Positions 48,268 through 56,145 are shown, counted from the stretch's first letter. The stretch: DNA of 64,000 nucleotides from an uncultured Gammaproteobacteria bacterium (GCA_963847495.1 CAWJZX010000013.1:323716-387715), one strand, 5' to 3'. The notes: generated from the letters alone by a model not told the origin. Made by a program: numbers and translations.

Positions 48268-48903
48268 TTAACCCGTAATCAACCAGATTCCGACACCGAT
48301 CATCAAGGTTCCGGCAAAACGGTTCATGGCGCGCACATTGCTGCGCTTTTGTAACAGGTGCGCCAGCGACTGACCGCCCAGGGCATACAGCACCAGACAG
48401 ATAAATTCGAGTGCCAGAATAATCACCAACAACATCGCCAACTGCGGAGCCAAAGGCAGAGACTGATCAATAAAGGGTGGTAACAAGGCAATAAAAAATG
48501 CCCAGCCTTTCGGGTTTGCAATAGCAGTAACAAAACCCTGCATAGCCAAAGAACCCCGCGATACCTCAATCCCGTCCTCAGCAACCTCCTGAATCGCCAA
48601 ACGCCCGCGCGAGCGCCACATCTCGATTCCGATATAAGCCAGATACAAACCCCCGCCCCACTTGAAAAAGGTAAAGAATGAAGGATACTTCAGCAAAATC
48701 GTCGCCACCCCGATCATCGACAGAATCACCACCAGACCAACCCCGATCAACTCCCCCGCCATCATCCAGAACGTCTTGCGCAAACCCACCGTCATGCCCA
48801 AAGTCATGGATAAAGTCATGCACATACCCGGCGTCGCAGAAACGAAAAAGAAGGTAGGAATAAAAACCGCCAGCATCGCGGCATTAATGATAAGTAGTGT
48901 CAT
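48268..48903 (-). CDS. LysE/RhtB-family amino-acid exporter
   Basis: 211 aa with six TM helices and N-terminal TPGMCM/LysE-type motifs. Confidence 0.8.
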   Translation of the reverse strand: MTLLIINAAMLAVFIPTFFFVSATPGMCMTLSMTLGMTVGLRKTFWMMAGELIGVGLVVILSMIGVATILLKYPSFFTFFKWGGGLYLAYIGIEMWRSRGRLAIQEVAEDGIEVSRGSLAMQGFVTAIANPKGWAFFIALLPPFIDQSLPLAPQLAMLLVIILALEFICLVLYALGGQSLAHLLQKRSNVRAMNRFAGTLMIGVGIWLITG

Positions 48904-48969
48904 GGGGAGAGATTAGGTTAGAACTGAAACTGTTTCAATGGATTATAAATGAGATTTTATATTTAAAAG

Positions 48970-49116
48970 CACACCCCCCTACTTTTAAGTGATTTTTATG
49001 CGGCTGCGCCTTCCCTACCGGTCAGCATTAAACAACAATGCTGTTGTCTCGTTTCACTCGGCTCATTTCGTTTTTTGAAATGACTAAAAGAACTTATGCA
49101 AAGCTCGGCGGTTTTT
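48970..49116 (+). repeat. Full-length C-box element (head plus B plus tail C); used as the reference copy
   Basis: CACACCCCCCTACTTTTAAGTGATTTTTATGCGGCTGCGCCTTCCCTACCGGTCAGCATTAAACAACAATGCTGTTGTCTCGTTTCACTCGGCTCATTTCGTTTTTTGAAATGACTAAAAGAACTTATGCAAAGCTCGGCGGTTTTT. Confidence 0.9.
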
Positions 49117-49253
49117 GTAGAAGGAAAAAACATAATAATTAACGAAAATGGGGCACCCATTTCTTTGTTTTCCCATTCCAATAAACACCTAACGACCAAG
49201 CCCACCGGCGGCAATAGAGTGAAGTGAAATTTCCGTCTGTGTGCAGCGCCTGT

Positions 49254-49694
49254 TTAAGCATTTGTAGACACTAAATAACTGAGTACGATATAACGCATTA
49301 ATTTGCCTGCGGTAACCAAAATTACAAACCAGAATAAACGAATGCGCAAAACGCCAGCAATAACGGTTAGCGGATCACCAATGATAGGAACCCATGCAAA
49401 ACATAGAGAGAATAAACCGTATTTTACAAAACGCTGCTCTGCTCGAACAAACTCCTCTTCTGAAATCTTTAACCACTTTTTTATGACCTCCAGACTAGCC
49501 CAATAGCCCAAGGCATAATTTGTAAGAGATCCCAGCACATTTCCAGTTGTTGCGATAGCAATTAATGCTATAGGCGATAAACCGTTTAACAACAAAGCGC
49601 TTAAAACAACTTCAGAGCTTAAGGGTAAAATTGTCGCCGCTAAAAATGCTGAAACAAAAAGGCCGAAATAGCCCAGTTCTGTAAAATAATCCAT
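49254..49694 (-). CDS. YqaA/DedA-like (VTT-domain) membrane protein
   Basis: 146 aa, with GYFGLFVSAFLAATILPLSSEVVL typical of YqaA. Confidence 0.7.
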   Translation of the reverse strand: MDYFTELGYFGLFVSAFLAATILPLSSEVVLSALLLNGLSPIALIAIATTGNVLGSLTNYALGYWASLEVIKKWLKISEEEFVRAEQRFVKYGLFSLCFAWVPIIGDPLTVIAGVLRIRLFWFVILVTAGKLMRYIVLSYLVSTNA

Positions 49695-49852
49695 GGTTTT
49701 TGATGCTTAACGCTTAGTTAATCGGCCAAGCACGCGGTTTTGCTTGGTTCGAGCTATGCGCATTTTGCACAGCGATTTAAACGATTTGTTATGCACTTTA
49801 AATTGAGTATTCAAATTGGACCATGCCTGACTCATGTGTTTTTTCACTTTCT

Positions 49853-50320
49853 TTATTTATTTATTTTAATAGGAGATGGTAGATCGCCAAATAACTTAAT
49901 GCCACTACCAAGTAAAATTGGCATAAGTGAAAGGCTTCTATTTGTTAATAAATTGCTTTCAACAAAAGACGAAGCCAAGCTGCCACCACCTACAAGCCAT
50001 AAATGTTTTATGTTCATTTCATTAGCAGCCTTGCATACTTCTTTTGGTGTGTTCCCATCTTGCAAACTACAGCATTCAATTGGTGTTATTTTATTACCTG
50101 AGCATACCCAAACAGATTTTTCACCATAAGGCCACTGGCCGGAGCTAACAATTATTTCGTATGTTTTACGCCCCATTACCAGCGCATTTACAGTTGAATA
50201 GAATTCATCATACCCAGCATCTTCCATAGATATATTTAGTTCTTCTAGCCAGGATACATCCCCGTCTTCTTTGGCAATATATCCATCTAAACTTGAAGCG
50301 ACATAATAGGTAACTTTCAT
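49853..50320 (-). CDS. Dihydrofolate-reductase-like (RibD C-terminal domain) protein
   Basis: 155 aa starting MKVTYYVASSLDGYIAKEDG, then ...LVMGRKTYE...WLVGGGSLASSF. Confidence 0.75.
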   Translation of the reverse strand: MKVTYYVASSLDGYIAKEDGDVSWLEELNISMEDAGYDEFYSTVNALVMGRKTYEIIVSSGQWPYGEKSVWVCSGNKITPIECCSLQDGNTPKEVCKAANEMNIKHLWLVGGGSLASSFVESNLLTNRSLSLMPILLGSGIKLFGDLPSPIKINK

Positions 50321-50659
50321 TTTTTTCTTTTACGCATAACGTTAAAGCATCTTATCCTTCTATCCTTCTGCCTGCGGCAGATGGATAAGTGCCTTGTTGG
50401 ACTTAGCCCGGCACGTTGATTGAGATGCTCCTTTTATAAGGGGATTGTTTTTCATCAGCCAGTTGTTCTGCACTACTTTTCTGTATTTAGGCTGTGTTGT
50501 CCCTTGCTATTGCTTTCAATAAGGGTATTTACAGCCTTGCTGTTCTTCTGAGTCATGCAATATTAGCATAGATAATCGTTATTATTGACATAACATCCAG
50601 CCGATAACCTGATGCCTTAGCTATCCATATTGGGAGTACTACAACCTCAGGCATTATCG

Positions 50660-51805
50660 TCAGCCACTGTCCAGATATGGGGAGTTTATCAAGGCGGTAA
50701 TGTGCATAATGGCCTTTTTACAGCATGGACAGGGCAGTCCGTTAAAGGGTTCTACCGGTTGCTCTACTTTGTCTGCGCAGGACACCTGTTGATGACTTTT
50801 TTCCTGCACCATTGCTTCTTTGATCCTGGGTAGTTTCTTTGCCCGACTGGCATTCGCCAGCCAGCCAAAGTGCCGTACCCGCATAAACCCTTTGGGAAGG
50901 ACATGCTGTAAGAAGCGCCTGAGGAATTCGGTACCTGCCAGTGTCATGATCTTTTTCCGGTTGTCACGGTAATCTCGGTAGTGAAAACTGACAGTATCCC
51001 CATCCATATGACTCAAGCGGCTGTCAGACAGCGCAATGCGGTGGGTATAGCGTCCCAGATAGTCGATGATACTACGGGCTTGCTGCAAACACGGTTTGGC
51101 AAAAACCACCCACGTTTTCTGCATTAAAGTGTCTAGAACAGTCTCGATCTCTCCCTGGTGTGTTACTCGTGATAAGTGCCCTGTCTTGGCAGCATTACAC
51201 AAGGCGCTGACCATTTTTCCACGAAAGCGTTTGGACAAGGCCTTGACGGGAAACAGATAGGTACTCTTAGCAGCATGCCATTGACCATCATGACTGAGGG
51301 CTCCGCCGGGAACCAGACAATGCAAATGAATATGCTGGTCAAGTGTCTGGCCCCAGGTGTGCAATACGGCGGTCATACCCAGTTCGCCATTGAGGTGTTT
51401 AGGATTCTGGCCAAAATCGGATAGGGTCTGCCAGACACTGGCGAAGAATAAGTTATAAATCACTCGGGGGTGCAGCCTTACCCAGCCATTGAGGGTATGC
51501 GGCAGGGTAAACACCAGATGGTAGTAGGTGACCGGTAACAGATAACTGGCCTGTCTGTCACACCACTGCTGTGTAGCCTGGTGCTGGCAGCGGGTACAAT
51601 GCCGGTTGCGGCAGGCATGGTACAAGATCGCCTGATGACCACATTGATCACAACGTAATGCAAAACCACCCATAACCTCTGTGCGGCATTGCTGTAGGTG
51701 GCGGCACACAGTGAGTTTCTGATGACTCAGGGCTTGTTGCTGTTGCAGGGCGGGTAAAAACTGTTCCAGTACTGCCTGCATACGCAATCTAGACATGCTC
51801 GGCAA
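50660..51805 (-). CDS. IS91-family transposase
   Basis: 381 aa with an N-terminal Cys-rich zinc-binding region (CDQCGH...CRNRHCTRC) and HxH motifs (HIHLHCLV) typical of the IS91 Y2 transposase. Confidence 0.85.
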   Translation of the reverse strand: MPSMSRLRMQAVLEQFLPALQQQQALSHQKLTVCRHLQQCRTEVMGGFALRCDQCGHQAILYHACRNRHCTRCQHQATQQWCDRQASYLLPVTYYHLVFTLPHTLNGWVRLHPRVIYNLFFASVWQTLSDFGQNPKHLNGELGMTAVLHTWGQTLDQHIHLHCLVPGGALSHDGQWHAAKSTYLFPVKALSKRFRGKMVSALCNAAKTGHLSRVTHQGEIETVLDTLMQKTWVVFAKPCLQQARSIIDYLGRYTHRIALSDSRLSHMDGDTVSFHYRDYRDNRKKIMTLAGTEFLRRFLQHVLPKGFMRVRHFGWLANASRAKKLPRIKEAMVQEKSHQQVSCADKVEQPVEPFNGLPCPCCKKAIMHITALINSPYLDSG

Positions 51806-52646
51806 GCCTCAGGTGTGCGAGCAAGTCAATGCTTCGGCCACCTTCACCCGTTTCTGGTAGCCAGTGTGTGTAGCGTAAGGTCGAGTTTAGGTGTCGATGC
51901 CCCAGCTGTTGTTGCAACTGATGGATCGGCATTCCCTGTTGCAGGCAGTGGGTGGCATAGGCGTGGCGCAGACTGTGAATACCACCCGGTTTATCGATAC
52001 CAGAGTGCTGTTTTGCCCGTTGGAACACCTTCTGTGGTGTCGTCATACCAATATGAGAACCGGATTTCTTTCCGGGAAACAGGCAATCTGGTGGACGGTA
52101 GCGGAACCAGTAACGCCGTAAGTGGCATAACAAGGTCATGCCGATTGGAATTAGCCTATCCCGATGCCCTTTTCCCTGGGTCACACGTAACAGCTGCTGT
52201 TGACCATCAATATCAGCAACCTTTACTCGAGTCAGCTCATTGACACGCAGCCCACAGCCGTAACACAGTTTCAACATCATGCGATCACGCACCCGCAAGG
52301 GTGCACAGATAATCGCTGCAACTTCCAAGGGATTTAGCAGAGTCGGAATCCGCTGCTGTTGTTTAGGCAGAATAAAACCATGACTGACGAAATCATCCCG
52401 TTTGAGTACACGGGTAAATAAAAAACTGACACTATTGAAATACAGGTGACAACTGGACGGAGCCAGTTGCCGTTCCTTGGTCAGATATAACAACCATTGT
52501 TCAATCTGATGCAGGGACAGGCGATCAGGGGATTGCCCGGCGTAATGTGCCAGGCTCTGAACCCCAGCCAAATAGGTATCTTGTGTTCGCTGGCTAAAAC
52601 CATGCAGCAGCATGGTATCGATCATTTGTTGACGTAAGGGCGTCAT
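51789..52646 (-). CDS. Tyrosine recombinase (phage-integrase family) associated with the IS91-like transposase
   Basis: 285 aa with the catalytic region ...GLRVNEL...HSLRHAYATH...LGHRHLNSTLRYTH. It overlaps the transposase gene. Confidence 0.85.
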   Translation of the reverse strand: MTPLRQQMIDTMLLHGFSQRTQDTYLAGVQSLAHYAGQSPDRLSLHQIEQWLLYLTKERQLAPSSCHLYFNSVSFLFTRVLKRDDFVSHGFILPKQQQRIPTLLNPLEVAAIICAPLRVRDRMMLKLCYGCGLRVNELTRVKVADIDGQQQLLRVTQGKGHRDRLIPIGMTLLCHLRRYWFRYRPPDCLFPGKKSGSHIGMTTPQKVFQRAKQHSGIDKPGGIHSLRHAYATHCLQQGMPIHQLQQQLGHRHLNSTLRYTHWLPETGEGGRSIDLLAHLRLAEHV

Positions 52647-52845
52647 AGTAAACCTCCTTTGAGTTAGTAAAACCCGAATGGGTTACTCAAAGTGTGGTAC
52701 AAAATGTGCCCAGATAAGAATCGGGAAGAGGGAAAAAGACTCCGCGTAGCGGCTTAGTTCAACAGTGTATTAATAAGGCCGTTGGCCTTTTAATATATTA
52801 TCGCGCCGTCAGCTTGCTTTTTTTACAAAAAACGACAATTCAATT

Positions 52846-52959
52846 ATTTGACTTGTCATTCTTGGCTTTTGGTAAGCCTAAGAAAGCCACCCCCCCCTAC
52901 TTTTACGTGGTTTTTTTCATTTAACTTAATGAAAACCACGCCCTTCAAGTAGTCGTCGC
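52846..52959 (+). repeat. Partial module D plus C-box head plus module F (left part, split by IS110 copy 2)
   Basis: CATTCTTGGCTTTTGGTAAGCCTAAGAAAGCCACCCCCCCCTACTTTTACGTGGTTTTTTTCATTTAACTTAATGAAAACCACGCCCTTCAAGTAGTCGTCG. Confidence 0.85.
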
Positions 52960-54148
52960 TACGCTTGTATGGTAATTCCTGCCCTTATCTACGATCATAG
53001 TTAAGGCATCGGGGAGGGGGAGGTTTTTCGCTACGTATCTGCCACTAGAATGTGTACAGACTGTTGGAGATATCACCCCTCCGCCCCACTCATCAATAAG
53101 CGCCTATAAAGAATCTTGCCCGCACGGCCGATTTCAACAAGCTTGCGCTATCGATGTTCCCCGACTTCTCTACAATACTCTGGAGTAAATCTTATGGCAA
53201 TGATGACAGTTAACACTGAACTCGGAATAGACGTAGCCAAAGACTGGCTTGATATTTCTAATGGTAAGGACGTTGTACGTATCAAGAATAATCAACAAGC
53301 AATAAAGAGCTATCTTAAACAACTAGGTACAACGGCGTGTATTTCAATTAAATCAACAAATACGTACCATGAATTATTTGTTGAACTAGCCTTTCTTGCC
53401 AAGCATACAATCTATATCGTCGATGCCTATAGGCTCTCACGCTACCGTGATGCCGTTGGCATCAGGGCTAAAACAGACACCAATGATGCCCATTTATTAT
53501 TGCGATATATGAGATCAGAAAAGCAACACCTGACTGTTTTTGAACCTATTCCAAAAGCCGTTAAACGCCTTAATCGCTTACTTAAAGCACGCGCTAAACT
53601 GGCTAAATCAAAAGCATCCATTGGCCTTTCTCTAAAAGGTGTCGCAGAGTTAGCACAAACATGTAAAGCCCTAATGAAACGGATTGAACAAGCGATAACG
53701 TTGATTGATAAACGTATTCAAGCCTGCATCAAAGACGCTGGATATAAAGAAGATTACATGCGTTGTTTGAGCATTCCAGGGATCGGTCCTGCTAATGCGG
53801 CGGCCTTAGTTGCGATGTTTCATCGCGGACACTTTCGAAAATCAGACTCGTTCATCGCCTTCATTGGACTCGATGTGAGAGTACGTGAATCAGGATACTA
53901 CAAAGGTAGGAGAAAACTAACCAAACAAGGAAACCCAGAAATACGAAGATTGCTGTTTAATGCAGCAAGAGCTGCCGCAAGAACAGAAACATGGAATAAC
54001 TACTATATGTCTATGAGAGCACGTGGACATTCAACAACCGCTACTGCGGTTTCGCTCTCTCGAAAAATAGCTAGATTAGCTTTTGCTTTGCTAAGAGATC
54101 AATCTGAATTTAGAACTGCGTAAGTGTTTGACAATTACCATAGAATCT
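52960..54148 (+). mobile_element. IS110-family element, copy 2 (diverged from copy 1; boundaries +/- about 8 bp), inserted in a C-box module
   Basis: It splits ...GTAGTCGTCG | IS | CCAACATTGTCT.... The intact equivalent at 54737-54770 reads GTAGTCGTCGTTTCACACCAACGTTGTCT. The end sequences match copy 1 (GCTTGTATGG... and ...CATAGAATCT). Confidence 0.8.
53194..54123 (+). CDS. IS110-family transposase with a Glu-to-Lys change at the conserved DEDD glutamate
   Basis: Likely start at ATG 53194 (MAMMTVNTELGIDVAKDWL). It is about 70% identical to copy 1 by eye. SIKSTNTYH replaces AIESTNTYH (AAA for GAG at about 53350). Confidence 0.85.
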   Translation: MAMMTVNTELGIDVAKDWLDISNGKDVVRIKNNQQAIKSYLKQLGTTACISIKSTNTYHELFVELAFLAKHTIYIVDAYRLSRYRDAVGIRAKTDTNDAHLLLRYMRSEKQHLTVFEPIPKAVKRLNRLLKARAKLAKSKASIGLSLKGVAELAQTCKALMKRIEQAITLIDKRIQACIKDAGYKEDYMRCLSIPGIGPANAAALVAMFHRGHFRKSDSFIAFIGLDVRVRESGYYKGRRKLTKQGNPEIRRLLFNAARAAARTETWNNYYMSMRARGHSTTATAVSLSRKIARLAFALLRDQSEFRTA

Positions 54149-54990
54149 CCAACATTGTCTATGAAGTACTTCCCTGTACTTCACCTCTTCGAGGCAGCTT
54201 CGTTTCACTCAACTGTTCAAATTCATTCCAGATGAATTTGTCGGTTTCACTCGGCTTGGCACTTTTTTAGCAAAGAACTATTTTCTAACCCCCCCCCCCA
54301 TTCAAACAAGCCGAGCCACGCAGGAAATTGACGATAAAAGCTGTAGCTGTTTGAGCGTCAGCGAGTTCTACAGCCGCGTCTATTTTCGAGTAGTGAGGCG
54401 ACTACATGGACGTAGGAGGTAGAGCAACGCAGGAGCAGTTGCCGAGAACCGTTTACGGCTTGTTTGTTGAACAGCCTTTTGTTTGGTTCTGTTTATTTTG
54501 GCTGCGCAAAATAAATGAACTCGTAGCTTCGCTACGAAACCATTGAAATGACACCCTCCTACTTTTAGCCTGTTTTTTAAACAGACTGCCCAAATACCAG
54601 TATCCCTTGCTGCAACCACCTCTCGGATCAATTCTTGACCGTTCGAGACAATTTGTCCGCCCTAGCGGCTTAACAAATCGACTTTTACGTGGTTTTTTCA
54701 TTTAACTTAATGAAAACCACACCCTTCGGGTAGTCGTCGTTTCACACCAACGTTGTCTCGGCTGCGCCCCGGCTAGGCTCTTTTTCAAAACTGTTTGAGA
54801 TCAACCACCTCTCAGATCAGTTCCTGATCTAATCGAGATAATTTATTGGCCCTAGCGGCCTAATAAACCAACTTCACCTCTTCGAGGCAGCTTCGTTTCA
54901 CTCAACTGTTCAAATTCATTTCAGATGAATTTGTCGGCTGTGCCTCGGCTAAGCCGTTTTTCATTAATTTCTGCACAATGCATTCATCAG
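54149..54990 (+). repeat. Composite non-coding array of C-box-system modules (F-end, G, H, head, E, F, E, G)
   Basis: The whole interval is contiguous and each segment has at least one homolog elsewhere in the window: G at 54163-54268, H at 54300-54526, head at 54550-54578, E at 54613-54686, F at 54686-54775, E at 54802-54875, and G at 54875-54962. Track ORFs 54380..54631 and 54453..54701 lie in it and are judged spurious. Confidence 0.85.
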
Positions 54991-55015
54991 AAGTTAATTA
55001 GCTGACTGCTATAAT
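54965..55015 (+). promoter_or_regulatory. Repeated promoter/operator module upstream of ORF 55045
   Basis: Near-palindrome AGTTAATTAGCT (54992-55003) is followed by an extended -10, TGCTATAAT (55007-55015). It is homologous to 55452-55507. Confidence 0.45.
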
Positions 55016-55044
55016 CATACAAAATAAAAATAAAGGAAAGCCGA

Positions 55045-55413
55045 ATGACTGCGCTAACACTATCGCCTTCAGAGAAAAAAGCCTACGGTAAAGCGGTAGG
55101 AGAAATTCTTGTTCGGGACCACGGCAAAAGACAGTACTATTCCAGCTCAGAAGTACACATGGCTTCTCGTGAAGTGTTGAAGCCAGGCTTTGACTGGCAT
55201 TGCTGGGCGATGTCTTTGTATACCTCGCCCACTGAATTCAAGTCATACCAGGATTCTATTTGTGAAACATGCGACTATGCCGCGATGAAAGCTGATATGA
55301 CATCTGCCTTAACCGATGGTGCTTCTGGTTCCTGGTTTGATGTTGATGTCTCATGGCTTGAGTGGCCTGATATTGAGTTACCGTTGATTTTTGATTTTTT
55401 TGATGGTGTTTGA
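55045..55413 (+). CDS. Hypothetical small protein (122 aa)
   Basis: Intact ORF with a GGAAAG Shine-Dalgarno-like element; cassette-like context. Confidence 0.5.
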   Translation: MTALTLSPSEKKAYGKAVGEILVRDHGKRQYYSSSEVHMASREVLKPGFDWHCWAMSLYTSPTEFKSYQDSICETCDYAAMKADMTSALTDGASGSWFDVDVSWLEWPDIELPLIFDFFDGV

Positions 55414-55425
55414 TTCATTTAAAGA

Positions 55426-55452
55426 GACACCCCCCACTTTTAGGTACTTTTT
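55426..55452 (+). repeat. C-box head
   Basis: GACACCCCCCACTTTTAGGTACTTTTT. Confidence 0.8.
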
Positions 55453-55507
55453 CATAAACTTGCTACGCAATACATTCATGAGCAGTTAATTAACTAACTG
55501 CTAAAGT
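55452..55507 (+). promoter_or_regulatory. Repeated promoter/operator module upstream of the NERD gene
   Basis: Perfect 12-bp palindrome AGTTAATTAACT (55484-55495) is followed by TGCTAAAGT (55499-55507). Confidence 0.4.
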
Positions 55508-55548
55508 ACCAACAAAAACCTAAAATAATCATTCAATAGGATTACGTT

Positions 55549-56118
55549 GTGATACTTAAAGAAATAGACAAAAAAGAAGCTTTAATAAAACACGAAGAAT
55601 ATGGTTATAAGGCAGAAAAACAAATGGCGTTCTATTTAAAAAGAGCTTTCCAGGATAATAAAGATATCCATGTGATCAATGATTTACGTCTTGAAATGAA
55701 TGATGATGTCGCTCAAATAGATCACTTAATCATTCATAGGTTCGGTTTCTTAATTGTAGAATCTAAAAGTGTCACTTCTAAGATATCAATCAATGAATAC
55801 GGGGAATGGACTAGGCATTATCCTAAATTTACTAGAGGTATACCATCCCCTGTAAATCAAGCTAGAAGGCAAGCTGACTTTCTAAAAAACTTCCTTATGG
55901 CAAGGACGGAATACCTTCTCAAGAAATCATTAATTTTTCAGGCATCAGTAACTGATTTTAAATTCGACGTTTCGGTGGCAATATCTGATAGCGGTATTAT
56001 CAACAGGGCTAAAAATACAAATCTATCTGAAGTACACAAGGCAGACCAAATCACTGATGCGATAAATGAAATAATTTCAAGCTATGCTGGTACAAACAAA
56101 AACCTCCTTACCCTATAA
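55549..56118 (+). CDS. NERD-domain (nuclease-related) protein, N-terminal part
   Basis: 189 aa. GYKAEKQMAFYLKRAF...HVINDLRLE...AQIDHLIIHRFGFLIVESKS matches the NERD domain. GTG start. Confidence 0.7.
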   Translation: MILKEIDKKEALIKHEEYGYKAEKQMAFYLKRAFQDNKDIHVINDLRLEMNDDVAQIDHLIIHRFGFLIVESKSVTSKISINEYGEWTRHYPKFTRGIPSPVNQARRQADFLKNFLMARTEYLLKKSLIFQASVTDFKFDVSVAISDSGIINRAKNTNLSEVHKADQITDAINEIISSYAGTNKNLLTL

Positions 56119-56145
56119 GTTAATTATCAATTTGCTAATTCAAGT

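Larger units (their letters stand above)
50340..52790 (-). mobile_element. IS91-like unit (tyrosine recombinase plus Y2 rolling-circle transposase); the ends are approximate
   Basis: Two overlapping genes in a block that is visibly GC-richer than its flanks. There are hairpins near both ends: CTTATCC..CTGCctgcGGCAG..GGATAAG at about 50351-50392 and AAGGCCgttGGCCTT at about 52772-52786. Confidence 0.6.

Noticed and set aside
48645-48685. CCCCCGCCCCACTTGAAAAAGG inside the LysE-family gene (encoding FKWGGGLY) as a third coding head insertion
   Set aside because: The similarity is short and interrupted. The segment corresponds to a conserved Gly-rich TM region of LysE/RhtB proteins, with no extra length apparent.
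48996-49214. Track ORFs lying in repeat elements (48996..49214, 54380..54631, 54453..54701, 57287..57490, 60287..60475, 61676..61867, 17190..17490)
   Set aside because: They are composed of repeat-module sequence present at many loci, or of the napC pseudogene antisense strand. Their reading frames are not conserved between repeat copies.
49695-50345. attC-like sites (GCTTAAC ... GTTATGC at 49706-49795; GCATAACGTTAAAGC at about 50335) around the yqaA-like and dfr-like genes
   Set aside because: These are only loose matches to RYYYAAC/GTTRRRY. No integron integrase is present; the nearby tyrosine recombinase belongs to the IS91-like unit. I could not establish convincing paired L/R boxes by eye.
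5541-56118. Stop-codon reassignment or an alternative genetic code as an explanation for the four in-frame stops (5541, 11567, 13143, 56116)
   Set aside because: Both TAA and TAG are involved. More than 50 long ORFs terminate normally at these codons, and frameshifted genes coexist with them. Pseudogenisation is the simpler explanation.
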